A stretch of 22,211 nucleotides of DNA from Candidatus Aegiribacteria sp. Its GTDB lineage: Bacteria > Fermentibacterota > Fermentibacteria > Fermentibacterales > JCC-6. How positions within the stretch are numbered: position 1 is the first letter of the stretch; each line of letters starts with the position of its first letter. Below are positions 8,647 to 17,147 of the stretch, one piece after another. The notes below the pieces were generated by a model, which was given only the letters and a program-made list of their open reading frames with translations, was not told where the DNA came from and ran no database searches. The DNA is taken from positions 1 through 22,211 of the forward strand of contig JAWOBF010000082.1 of assembly GCA_046498225.1 (NCBI GenBank), written 5' to 3'. The translations under genes were made by a program, and so were the position numbers.

Positions 8647-9367
8647 TCTGAAAGAACTGAACGTTGTCTGTTACATGCCGGCCTACAACGCCGAGCGCCT
8701 CATGGAGAATGTCATCAGGGGAATACCCCCTGAGGCCATGGACATGCTGAACACCATCCTGGTGGTGGACGACGGCTCCACCGACGCCACCGCCGACCTC
8801 GCCCGCCGGCTGGGAGAGGAGTTCCCCGCCATCACCCTTCTGCGCCACCCGGAGAACAGGGGCTACGGCGCCGCCCAGAAGACCGCCTTCGACTGGACCC
8901 TCGAGAACGGGGGAGACGTTGCCGTCATGCTCCATTCCGACGGCCAGTACCCCCCGGAGTTCCTGCTGCCCATGCTGGAGCCGTTCGAGGGGGGGGCCGA
9001 CGTGGTGGGAGGCAGTCGAATACTCTACGGGGACATGAGAGAGGGCGGGATGTCAAAGACCAGGTACTACGGCACAATATGGCTCAACGCCCTGGAGAAC
9101 CTGGTCTTCCGCCGAAGGCTCACCAGCTATCACAGCGGCTACAAGGCCTACGGAAGAAGGGCTCTCCAGTCCATACCCTACCGAACGTACTCCGACACCT
9201 TCAATTTCGATTCGGAGATGCTGGCGGGAGCCATAAGGGAGGGACTGCAGATAGAGGAGGTTCCCATACCCACCATACACGGCGAGGGATACTCCAGCCT
9301 CGAGCCTGTTCCCTACGGCCTGTCCGTGCTGAGAACGCTGGTGAGGTACATCTTCAGAAGAATCTGA
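8633..9367 (+). CDS. GT2 polyprenol-phosphate glycosyltransferase (DPM1/ArnC-like)
   Basis: MPAYN, VVDDGSTD, HPENRGYGAA, HSDGQY, VVGGSR, SGYKAY, FDSEML, EVPIPT. Confidence 0.92.
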   Translation: MKDIDLKELNVVCYMPAYNAERLMENVIRGIPPEAMDMLNTILVVDDGSTDATADLARRLGEEFPAITLLRHPENRGYGAAQKTAFDWTLENGGDVAVMLHSDGQYPPEFLLPMLEPFEGGADVVGGSRILYGDMREGGMSKTRYYGTIWLNALENLVFRRRLTSYHSGYKAYGRRALQSIPYRTYSDTFNFDSEMLAGAIREGLQIEEVPIPTIHGEGYSSLEPVPYGLSVLRTLVRYIFRRI

Positions 9368-9370
9368 AGG

Positions 9371-10447
9371 TCAGTACTTCCTGCCCAGAATGAACTGCAG
9401 GGTGCCCTGCAGTATTCCCCATCCCAGCACCGCCATGTCGAGGACGCACATCAGAACGAAACCCGGCAGGACCCCGGCCCCGAAATGGGAAACGGCCCTT
9501 CCGAAGAAGCTCAGATGGCACAGCTGGGAGAGAACGAGCCCTGCAAGCGCCGCCGGAAGGAGCCATCTCCAGGCGGAAGACCCCAGCAGGGCAGACCCCG
9601 CAGCCGCGAGGAGCAGGGCCTGGGCCGCCATCACCAGCAGAATGCTGAGGACCACCCACCTGCTGTGATGTGTTCCGGTCTCCCTGATGTTCACGTACCT
9701 CCGCAGCAGCCTGTCCCTGATGGACCGCCAGCCGCTCTTGGCCTGGGCCCGCGCCATTCTCAGCCTTCGCGATACGAACTGCGAAAGGGTGTAGGATGCG
9801 TGATGAACTACTTGTATGTCCCTGGCCAGGCGAATGAACCTGCCGGAATCCGCAAGTGAGTAGCCAAATTCCTCATCTTCAACCGTCGGTTCGGGTATCC
9901 TGGTATTGAAACCACCCACAGCGAAGAAATCGTTCCTCCGGACTGCCGCGCACCAGGTAGCGAAGATAGCGGCGTTCTGCCACTTGACATGTGCGAGGGC
10001 ATGATAGTAGTAGAAGTTCTGATACTCTGAAACAAGATCCTCTGCGGCGCATCTGGGAGAGTACAGAGTCTGAACCGCCGCCATACTATCTTCTTCCTTC
10101 AGAATGTCCAATATTTTTCTAGAAAGATCCGGAGGAATTGTCACATCAGCGTCGAGGAACAGAAGTATATTCCCTCTGGCTGACTCAGCTCCTCTATTTC
10201 TTGCAACAGCCGGCCCCGACCTTCTGTCGCAGCGTATGACACGCGTGCGCCTCTCAGCTGCAATCTCTGCAGTAGTATCGTTACTGCAGTCATCGACCAC
10301 GATTATCTCTAGTGGAGCCGGATTCTGAACAGCTACAGAATCGAGGCACTTGCCGATGGTACTCTGTGCATTGAACGCAGGAATGATCACAGAAATATTC
10401 AAAAGACTGTCCAATCGACGGAAACGGGTCACAGAAAGAATGAACAT
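9371..10447 (-). CDS. GT2-family glycosyltransferase with C-terminal membrane helices; paralog of 5852-6862 (start may be TTG at 10402)
   Basis: SVIIPAFN, VVDDCSND, ARNRGA, FLDAD, GGFN...TVEDEEFG; hydrophobic C-terminus. Confidence 0.9.
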   Translation of the reverse strand: MFILSVTRFRRLDSLLNISVIIPAFNAQSTIGKCLDSVAVQNPAPLEIIVVDDCSNDTTAEIAAERRTRVIRCDRRSGPAVARNRGAESARGNILLFLDADVTIPPDLSRKILDILKEEDSMAAVQTLYSPRCAAEDLVSEYQNFYYYHALAHVKWQNAAIFATWCAAVRRNDFFAVGGFNTRIPEPTVEDEEFGYSLADSGRFIRLARDIQVVHHASYTLSQFVSRRLRMARAQAKSGWRSIRDRLLRRYVNIRETGTHHSRWVVLSILLVMAAQALLLAAAGSALLGSSAWRWLLPAALAGLVLSQLCHLSFFGRAVSHFGAGVLPGFVLMCVLDMAVLGWGILQGTLQFILGRKY

Positions 10448-10579
10448 AATCTATAACTGAATCCTCACAGGTATGGAACCCCAATGACAGGACTGCGGAC
10501 TCTACAGCATCTTGGTTATATTCGCAGGGTTGACCGAAGACTTTGAGAATACTGTGAATCTGCAAAAGTAAGGATTTAC

Positions 10580-11659
10580 TTGAAACTGATACGCATGGCG
10601 GCTTCCTTCCTGAAACCATATCAGCCGTCTTTTCTGATACTCTTCGTTACCGCCCGGTGTAACGCCAGGTGTCCCTTCTGCTTCTATGCTCAGAGGATAA
10701 AACGCAGCGGTATAGAGGAACCCGAAGAGCTCTCACTGGAGGAGTTCCATGCCATATCCCGCAAATGTGGCAGAATACCTTATCTGCTCATTTCCGGAGG
10801 AGAACCGATACTCAGAGAAGATATCGTCGATGTGGTAAGTTGTTTCGTGGAGAATGCAGGGGTTGAATATGTCACCATACCTTCCAATGGCCTGTCACCA
10901 GGTGCCACGGTGGATGTTTTCCGGAAACTCACGGAAAGGTATCCCCGGGTTCACTTCAGAGCGGCCTTCAGCGTGGATTACCCTGACGAGAGACATGATA
11001 CCTCCAGGGGTATAGATGGCTGCCTTGATTCACTGCTGAAAGCCGCCGGTGGAATAAATGAACTGAAAAAGGATCGGGAAAATCTGAGCCTGGACGTCGT
11101 AACTGTTTTCCTGCCGGACAACAGCGCCCTGCACCATGATCTCAGAAAATGGGTAGGGGAGAAGATCGGGCCCGACAACCACGAACTCCACCTTCTCAGA
11201 GAGGAGTGGCCGCATCCAATTCCCGATGGCATCGACCTGGACGAGTTTCTTGAAGAGGCAAAAAACTACATGAGATTCGGCAGAAGGTCCGAAACCAGGG
11301 ATCTGAGTTCCTTCTTCAGAGGACTGAACGACGTCTATATATCAATACTCTCGAAACTGGTAAGGGGTCAAAGGGTATCAAAATGTTTCGCGGGAAGGAA
11401 GATAACCGTAATAAACGAAATGGGAGATGTAAGGCTCTGTGAGTTCAGACCGGAGGTACTCGGGAACCTGCGCACGGAAGGCTACGATCTCAGGCGTATA
11501 CTACGCGGTTCCAGGGACCTCTTCAGAAGGGTCAATGACCAGAAATGTACCTGCACCTGGGAATGTGCCGTATCAACCAACATCGTATCCTCCGTCAGGT
11601 TCTATCCAAGACTGCTTGTTAGTATACTGCATGAATTACTGAAATGGAGGCGACGATGA
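10580..11659 (+). CDS. Radical SAM protein with SPASM/twitch-type C-terminal domain
   Basis: TTG start with AAGGA RBS; CNARCPFC, SGGEP, SNG; C-x12-G-x4-C (CFAG...GDVRLC) and CTCTWEC. Confidence 0.92.
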   Translation: MKLIRMAASFLKPYQPSFLILFVTARCNARCPFCFYAQRIKRSGIEEPEELSLEEFHAISRKCGRIPYLLISGGEPILREDIVDVVSCFVENAGVEYVTIPSNGLSPGATVDVFRKLTERYPRVHFRAAFSVDYPDERHDTSRGIDGCLDSLLKAAGGINELKKDRENLSLDVVTVFLPDNSALHHDLRKWVGEKIGPDNHELHLLREEWPHPIPDGIDLDEFLEEAKNYMRFGRRSETRDLSSFFRGLNDVYISILSKLVRGQRVSKCFAGRKITVINEMGDVRLCEFRPEVLGNLRTEGYDLRRILRGSRDLFRRVNDQKCTCTWECAVSTNIVSSVRFYPRLLVSILHELLKWRRR

Positions 11660-13224
11660 AGGTCGCGCTGGTGAGGACTCCCGTGATCAATCTCAGGAAC
11701 AGCCCGTTTGGCTCTACTCCCGGAGTTCCCTCAAATCTGGCATACCTTGTGAGTGTCCTGCAGGAAGCCGGACATTCAGTAGCAGTCGTTGATTCTTACG
11801 GAATGGCTCCCCATAGGTTTCTGCCTTACCTTGACAAGTTCGAGGCCAGAGGTCTCAAGCCGTCCGAAGCAATTCAGAGTATTCCCGAAGATGTTGATGT
11901 CATAGGTATTTCTGTTCACTGTACTCTGGAACATGGCGTTGGGTTACAGCTGGTTGAGGAATCGAAGAAACGGTTCCCGAACATTCCTGTTGTCATAGGA
12001 GGTTACCATACTACATTCTGCGTTGATCCATTTCTTGAAAATGGTGCCGATTATGTTATCCAGGGAGAAGGAGAGCAGAGATTTCCCATGCTTCTCAATA
12101 TGCTGGAGAACTCGGAAGAGTTCACTCTGGACGGGATATATGGGCACGGATTCGCTTCGGAACGGATTCCCCGCAATAATCCGATAGAGGATCTTCCCTT
12201 CGGGAATTTCGATCCACTGCCACTTGAGCGCTACTGGAGCCTGCATTATGCCCATGGACCCGTCAGAAAAGGCAGATATCTCAGCCTTTTCACCAGCAGA
12301 GGGTGTCCATTCAACTGCGCTTTCTGTCAGACTCCAAAAATGTGGGGTGGGAACTGGATGGCAAAGAGCTACATGCGTGTAATTGATGAAATGGACTATT
12401 ACCACAAAGAGTATGGTGTGAATGATTTTCATATCCAGGATGAGAATTTTTCGCTTTCCAGGGAAAGGACCAGGAATTTCGCAGAAGAACTGCTGCGGAG
12501 AGAGAGAAAATATTTCTACTGCTTTCCTTCCGGTATTAAGGCGGAAACAGTAGGAAAGAAAGAACTGGAACTGCTTTACAGGTCAGGTTGCAGATATTTT
12601 GCCCTCTCGCCGGAATCTGCTTCGAAGAAGGTCTTGAAATTGATGAACAAGACAGTTGACCTTGATCATGTTGTGAAGGTAGTGAAGTACTGTCATAAAC
12701 TCGGTATAAGAGTAAACTGCAATTTCGTGCTTGGATTTCCGGGAGAGGAAAAATCAGATCGAAGAAAGACTTACAGATATATCAGGAAACTTGCCAGGCT
12801 GGGACTTGATGAGATAGTAGCTTTTATGCTGACACCTCTGCCCAGTACGGCTGTGGAAGACCTCATGCCTGAAGGTCTGGAGTATGAGGACATGAATTTC
12901 TCACCTACATGGAGAGATAACTACAGGGCAATCACCAGGGCAAGGATTTGGATATACATCCAGTTCATAATGATCAAAACTCTGTTTCATCCGCTTAAGG
13001 TACTTGAAAGTTTTCTGGCCGTGGTTACGCGAAGGTTCAGGATGAAATCGGATATGACAGTCTATCGTTTTCTGTGTGACCTCTTTGATCGTCACCTTCG
13101 GGGAGCTGTATTGAAAGATCTCCCGTTTGCGATCGAACAAGTTGATTGGCATCCACCCGTGAATACTTCGGGACAGGGCTCTCGGACAAGTCTATTTGAG
13201 CACAACGATTCCGGTCGCACCTGA
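11656..13224 (+). CDS. B12-binding-domain radical SAM protein, about 522 aa
   Basis: ATG 11656 overlaps the upstream TGA (ATGA) with a GGAGG RBS. NLAYLVSVL, IGGYHTT, QGEGE; TSRGCPFNCAFC; DENF, FVLGFPGE. Confidence 0.92.
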   Translation: MKVALVRTPVINLRNSPFGSTPGVPSNLAYLVSVLQEAGHSVAVVDSYGMAPHRFLPYLDKFEARGLKPSEAIQSIPEDVDVIGISVHCTLEHGVGLQLVEESKKRFPNIPVVIGGYHTTFCVDPFLENGADYVIQGEGEQRFPMLLNMLENSEEFTLDGIYGHGFASERIPRNNPIEDLPFGNFDPLPLERYWSLHYAHGPVRKGRYLSLFTSRGCPFNCAFCQTPKMWGGNWMAKSYMRVIDEMDYYHKEYGVNDFHIQDENFSLSRERTRNFAEELLRRERKYFYCFPSGIKAETVGKKELELLYRSGCRYFALSPESASKKVLKLMNKTVDLDHVVKVVKYCHKLGIRVNCNFVLGFPGEEKSDRRKTYRYIRKLARLGLDEIVAFMLTPLPSTAVEDLMPEGLEYEDMNFSPTWRDNYRAITRARIWIYIQFIMIKTLFHPLKVLESFLAVVTRRFRMKSDMTVYRFLCDLFDRHLRGAVLKDLPFAIEQVDWHPPVNTSGQGSRTSLFEHNDSGRT

Positions 13225-14661
13225 GAAACAGAAAGACTCAACGACACAGATATATAGGCCCGAAGGCATTTCACCGATATCCAGCGTTTCCGTATGACAT
13301 ACCGGTTCAATATCTGAAAGTTTCCTGAAAAGAACCAATCTTCCACTTGTATCGTAGATAGAGATATCAACATCAACTGATTCTCGAGGATAGAAAATGA
13401 TTCGCAGGCTCTCTGCGGATGGATTGGGCCAGGCTTGAACCGGGATGACGTGGCAGGTACCACCCGGAACACCATCAACAATTCCTGTCCAGTAGCCTGT
13501 TCCCTGTCCCCCGAATGCACCGGCGTCATTTGTCACCGTTCCCAGGGCGGGCCATAGAGCAAAGCCGGGGTTGATAGGGTCCTCCGGATCGAAAAACTCC
13601 GGATCAGGATTTCCTGCGTCTATACAGGGAGAAGTTAGATGAAGCTGGTATTCACTGATGGAATCTGCCTGGAAAACCGGTTCTGTATCGAAGTTGCCGT
13701 CATTCCATTGAAGAACGGATCCAGGTTCGATCAGAATGGAATCAGCAGCATACTGAAGATCGGTGAATTCAACAAGCATATTAGATGTGGAACCGGTATC
13801 CCCAAGTGCGATCTGAGAGCCAAGCGGTGCTGAATTTGACCAGAGAATACAGTTCCTTAAGATTACTTCTGAGAACTGTGTATATATCCCTCCTCCCCTG
13901 GTTTCAGCGGTATTGTCACATATAACGTTGTTCTCAAGAGTAACAACAGTTCCGGGATTACATCCTACGCCCCCACCACCATAATATGCATGGTTAAGGC
14001 AGATAACATTGTTCCTGACCTCAACCTGCGATTCGTGCTTTCCGTACAGACCACCTCCTATCTCCGCCGTATTCCCGTTCACCACATTACCTGTTATCAC
14101 CGGTGCGGCCCCGTAATTGTAACAGAGACCCCCGCCGTAGCCGTTTCCATCAATGGAGAATGATGTATTCAGGGTGATGACATTAGCCTGTACGAGTGGA
14201 CAACAGGAGTCAGTGGCCAGAATTCCTCCTCCATAAGCATTAAGCACAGACTCGACAGAGTTACCTGTCAAAGTGTTATCTGAAATCATCGGTGAAGAAT
14301 CGATGATCAGGATACCGCCTCCAATTCGGTTATCCCCCGATTGTGTTCCGGTACCACCGGAGATTGTAAAGCCTGTAAGAACAGCATCGGAGTCTTCATT
14401 TTCGATGAAGTAGACAACGGATCCTGAATCGGGATGACTGGGATTACTTCCATCTATCGTGGTGATTGCCTGGCCCTGCTGGCTGGAAACCGTTATGGAT
14501 TTTCCCAGGAACCTGATGTTTTCCTGGTATGTACCCGGAGCAACCAGAACGGTATCTCCATTGACAGCGGAATTGATAGCACTCTGGATGGAAGGGTATT
14601 CGTCAGGGACCAGAAGGATCGATGACAGCAGCGACGTGACCAGTAAGTAATAAGTGAACAT
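13192..14661 (-). CDS. Secreted right-handed beta-helix repeat protein with a T9SS type A-like C-terminal sorting domain
   Basis: VPDEYPSIQSAIN...GDTVLVAPGTYQE N-cap; repeated N-x-I-x-x-N/GGG(I/L) coils; SPCIDAG; C-terminal WPNPS...ISIYDTSGRLV...PSGLY. Confidence 0.88.
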   Translation of the reverse strand: MFTYYLLVTSLLSSILLVPDEYPSIQSAINSAVNGDTVLVAPGTYQENIRFLGKSITVSSQQGQAITTIDGSNPSHPDSGSVVYFIENEDSDAVLTGFTISGGTGTQSGDNRIGGGILIIDSSPMISDNTLTGNSVESVLNAYGGGILATDSCCPLVQANVITLNTSFSIDGNGYGGGLCYNYGAAPVITGNVVNGNTAEIGGGLYGKHESQVEVRNNVICLNHAYYGGGGVGCNPGTVVTLENNVICDNTAETRGGGIYTQFSEVILRNCILWSNSAPLGSQIALGDTGSTSNMLVEFTDLQYAADSILIEPGSVLQWNDGNFDTEPVFQADSISEYQLHLTSPCIDAGNPDPEFFDPEDPINPGFALWPALGTVTNDAGAFGGQGTGYWTGIVDGVPGGTCHVIPVQAWPNPSAESLRIIFYPRESVDVDISIYDTSGRLVLFRKLSDIEPVCHTETLDIGEMPSGLYICVVESFCFSGATGIVVLK

Positions 14662-14749
14662 GACCCGCTAAACCTTTCACTAATCGATAGCATTACAAAC
14701 ATATTAACCTGATAATATAAATCCAATTCGATTTAGTGTACGGATTCAT

Positions 14750-14781
14750 GAGCCTTTCCGCAACGATGATGCGGAAGACTC
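14750..14781 (-). terminator. Hairpin immediately after the serS stop; possible terminator
   Basis: TTCCGCA(14756-14762)/TGCGGAA(14770-14776) stem, extendable by GAG/CTC; no clear U-tract. Confidence 0.45.
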
Positions 14782-14782
14782 C

Positions 14783-16042
14783 CTAGCCCAGGGTATCGAC
14801 CCCGGTCAATTCTGCCAGGACTCCCGGAAGCCTGACCCTTCCGTCCTCGGTCTGGCCGTTCTCCACCAGGGCGGCAATTATTCTGGGAAGGGCCAGGCCG
14901 GAGCCGTTAAGGGTGTGAACGAAGACCGGCTTTCCGCCCCCCGACGGCCGGTACCTTATCATTCCCCTTCGGGCCTGAAAATCCCTGAAATTCGAGACGG
15001 AGGAGACTTCCAGCCATTTCTTCTGGCCGGCCGCCCACACCTCCAGGTCGAGGCATCTTGCCGCCGCGAAGCTCAGGTCGCCGGTGGAGAGCAGAGATAC
15101 CCTGTAGGGAAGCTCAAGCAGCTCCAGCATGCCCTCCACATGGGACACCATCTCCTCCTGGGCGGCCGCGGAGTCCTCCGGCCTCTCCAGCCGCACCATC
15201 TCCACCTTCTCGAACTGGTGGACACGGTTCAGACCCCTTGTGTCCTTGCCGTAGCTTCCCGCCTCCCGGCGGAAGCAGGGCGAGTAGCCGCAGAGGGCCA
15301 CGGGAAGGTCCTTCTCGTTCAGGATGGTATCGCGGTAGATGTTGGTCAGGGGAACCTCTCCGGTGGGGACCAGGAAGAGGTCGTCCTTCTCGATGTGGTA
15401 CATGTCCTCTTCCAGCTTGGGTATCTGTCCGGTGGCGGTCATGCTCTCCCTGCCGGCCACGAAGGGGAACCATACCTCCTCCATGCCCGCCCGGGCGTTG
15501 TGGTCCATCATCCAGTTGATAAGGGTCCGCTGGAGCCATGCCCCCCATCCCCGCAGCAGAATGAAATTCGCTCCCGCAATGGTGCCGGACGCCTCCTGGT
15601 CCAGCCTGTCCCCCAGTACCTCCCAGTGGGGAAGGAGCGAGTCGTCCTCCACCGGTTCCGGCCCGCCCGTCCGCAATATCCTGTTGAAAGACTCGTCAGA
15701 ACCCACCGGAACATCCGGGTCGGGAATGTTGGGGAATTGCAGTTCCACTTCCGCCATATCAGCGTCTACCTGTGAGAGTTCCTTCTCTATGGAGGATATC
15801 CTTTTGCCCGCCTGGCGGCTCTCCAGAATGAGATCCCCGGCATCGCCACCCTCCTTCTTGATTGAGGAGACCTCTTTGGACAGCTCGTTCCTGCGGCGTC
15901 TGAGTTCCTCGCTCTCCTTGAGCAGGCCCCGCCTGCTGCCGTCAAGTTCCATCCACCGGTCCAGGGGACAAGGTTCCCCCTTGTTCCTCGCCGCCGTTCG
16001 GACTCTCTCCGGGTCGTTCCTCAGAAGGTCCCTGTCAAGCAT
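14783..16042 (-). CDS. serS: Serine--tRNA ligase
   Basis: N-terminal coiled coil; PNIPDPDVPVG, LVPTGEVP, motif 2 FRREAGSYGKDTRGLNRVHQFEKVE, EVSSVSN, motif 3 HTLNGSGLALPR. Confidence 0.98.
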   Translation of the reverse strand: MLDRDLLRNDPERVRTAARNKGEPCPLDRWMELDGSRRGLLKESEELRRRRNELSKEVSSIKKEGGDAGDLILESRQAGKRISSIEKELSQVDADMAEVELQFPNIPDPDVPVGSDESFNRILRTGGPEPVEDDSLLPHWEVLGDRLDQEASGTIAGANFILLRGWGAWLQRTLINWMMDHNARAGMEEVWFPFVAGRESMTATGQIPKLEEDMYHIEKDDLFLVPTGEVPLTNIYRDTILNEKDLPVALCGYSPCFRREAGSYGKDTRGLNRVHQFEKVEMVRLERPEDSAAAQEEMVSHVEGMLELLELPYRVSLLSTGDLSFAAARCLDLEVWAAGQKKWLEVSSVSNFRDFQARRGMIRYRPSGGGKPVFVHTLNGSGLALPRIIAALVENGQTEDGRVRLPGVLAELTGVDTLG

Positions 16043-16075
16043 CGCTCATCTCCCTGTCAGAATCATTGATAAAGG

Positions 16076-16420
16076 TCAGAAATGGGGCAGAAAGACCACA
16101 AGGCCCACCGCCAGGGCGCCCGCCGCCGCCAGGAGCACGGCTCCTGCGGCCAGGTCCTTTGCCTTCTGCACCGAATCGTGCCATTCCGGGGCCGTATGGT
16201 CCGCAAGGAACTCCAGGGCGCTGTTCATGGCCTCCGCCGACAGCACCATGGCCACGGCAAGGGCGATGAGCCCCCACTCGTCCAGCGTCAGGCCGGTTAG
16301 AAGTCCCGCAGCCACAACGAATATGAGGGCCGCAAGGTGTATCCTGGCGTTCATCTGGGTGGCCAGAAGGGTTCCTATCCCCCTGAATGCGTACTTGAAG
16401 CTCCTGAATCTCTTCTTCAT
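16076..16420 (-). CDS. dgkA: DgkA-family membrane kinase (diacylglycerol/undecaprenol kinase), 114 aa
   Basis: Start at ATG 16420 with a GGAG RBS, directly after the PAP2 stop. SFKYAFRGI, NARIH, EAMNSALE...D, KAKDLAAGAVL. Confidence 0.92.
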   Translation of the reverse strand: MKKRFRSFKYAFRGIGTLLATQMNARIHLAALIFVVAAGLLTGLTLDEWGLIALAVAMVLSAEAMNSALEFLADHTAPEWHDSVQKAKDLAAGAVLLAAAGALAVGLVVFLPHF

Positions 16421-16421
16421 G

Positions 16422-17147
16422 TCAGAAATATACTCCAAAACCCCGCCGGCTGCTCCACTGCAGTCCCAGGGCGGGTTGAACCTGGGTGGAATCCACCGCG
16501 TCGCCGTGGGCTCCGACCACCGCCAGTCCCACGGAGATTCCGATGGCGGTCCCCGCTATAACATCTGAGGGGTAATGCCTGCCCAGCTGTACCCTTGAAA
16601 GGGCGGTAAAGGCGGCCAGGGCCGCTGCGGGCACTCCCGCGCCGGGGCCGTACCTGTCCCACAGGACCACCGCGGCGCATGCGGTCCCGGACGAGTGCCC
16701 CGAGGGAAAGCTGCCCGTGCCGCTTCCGTCGGGTCTTTCCCTGCCGGCACCCAGCTTGAGCACACCGGTGATCCCGTAGGTTATGAGAAGGCCCTCCGTG
16801 AGCATTCGTCCGGTCTTCTCCGCGTCGGAAGCGTCAGACAGGGACCCGAGCCCCCACAGAAGGACCGAACCGGCCGGCAGAGCCGGCCCGAAGGCGTGAT
16901 GGCACCCCATGGAGGCGTCATCGAGAAAGCCGTGTCCCATGAAGCCGGCGTCACCCTCCGGGTTCTCCAGGAGGAAAGCGGCCGTGGCGGCAGCCCCGCC
17001 GGACCCCAGGACTAGCATCGGCTCACGGTGAAAGAGATGGTCGATGTCCTCGCCCAGCCTGGGAACGAGACCTCCGCAGAGGGCCGTAGCCGTCACCAGC
17101 GGAAGAAGCAGTACGGTCATCAGCGATGCGGGGAGGTCAGCCCGCAT
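16422..17147 (-). CDS. PAP2-family membrane phosphatase
   Basis: All three catalytic motifs are present: KLGAGRERP, SFPSGH, SRVQLGRHYPSD. Confidence 0.92.
   Translation of the reverse strand: MRADLPASLMTVLLLPLVTATALCGGLVPRLGEDIDHLFHREPMLVLGSGGAAATAAFLLENPEGDAGFMGHGFLDDASMGCHHAFGPALPAGSVLLWGLGSLSDASDAEKTGRMLTEGLLITYGITGVLKLGAGRERPDGSGTGSFPSGHSSGTACAAVVLWDRYGPGAGVPAAALAAFTALSRVQLGRHYPSDVIAGTAIGISVGLAVVGAHGDAVDSTQVQPALGLQWSSRRGFGVYF

Noticed and set aside
14662..14782. AT-rich intergenic region downstream of serS, checked for tRNA, T-box or att site
   Set aside because: No cloverleaf, T-box or direct repeat seen; only a short hairpin and probable promoter DNA.
15339..16568. 409-aa ORF antisense to serS/dgkA
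   Set aside because: Ser/Arg-rich shadow translation.
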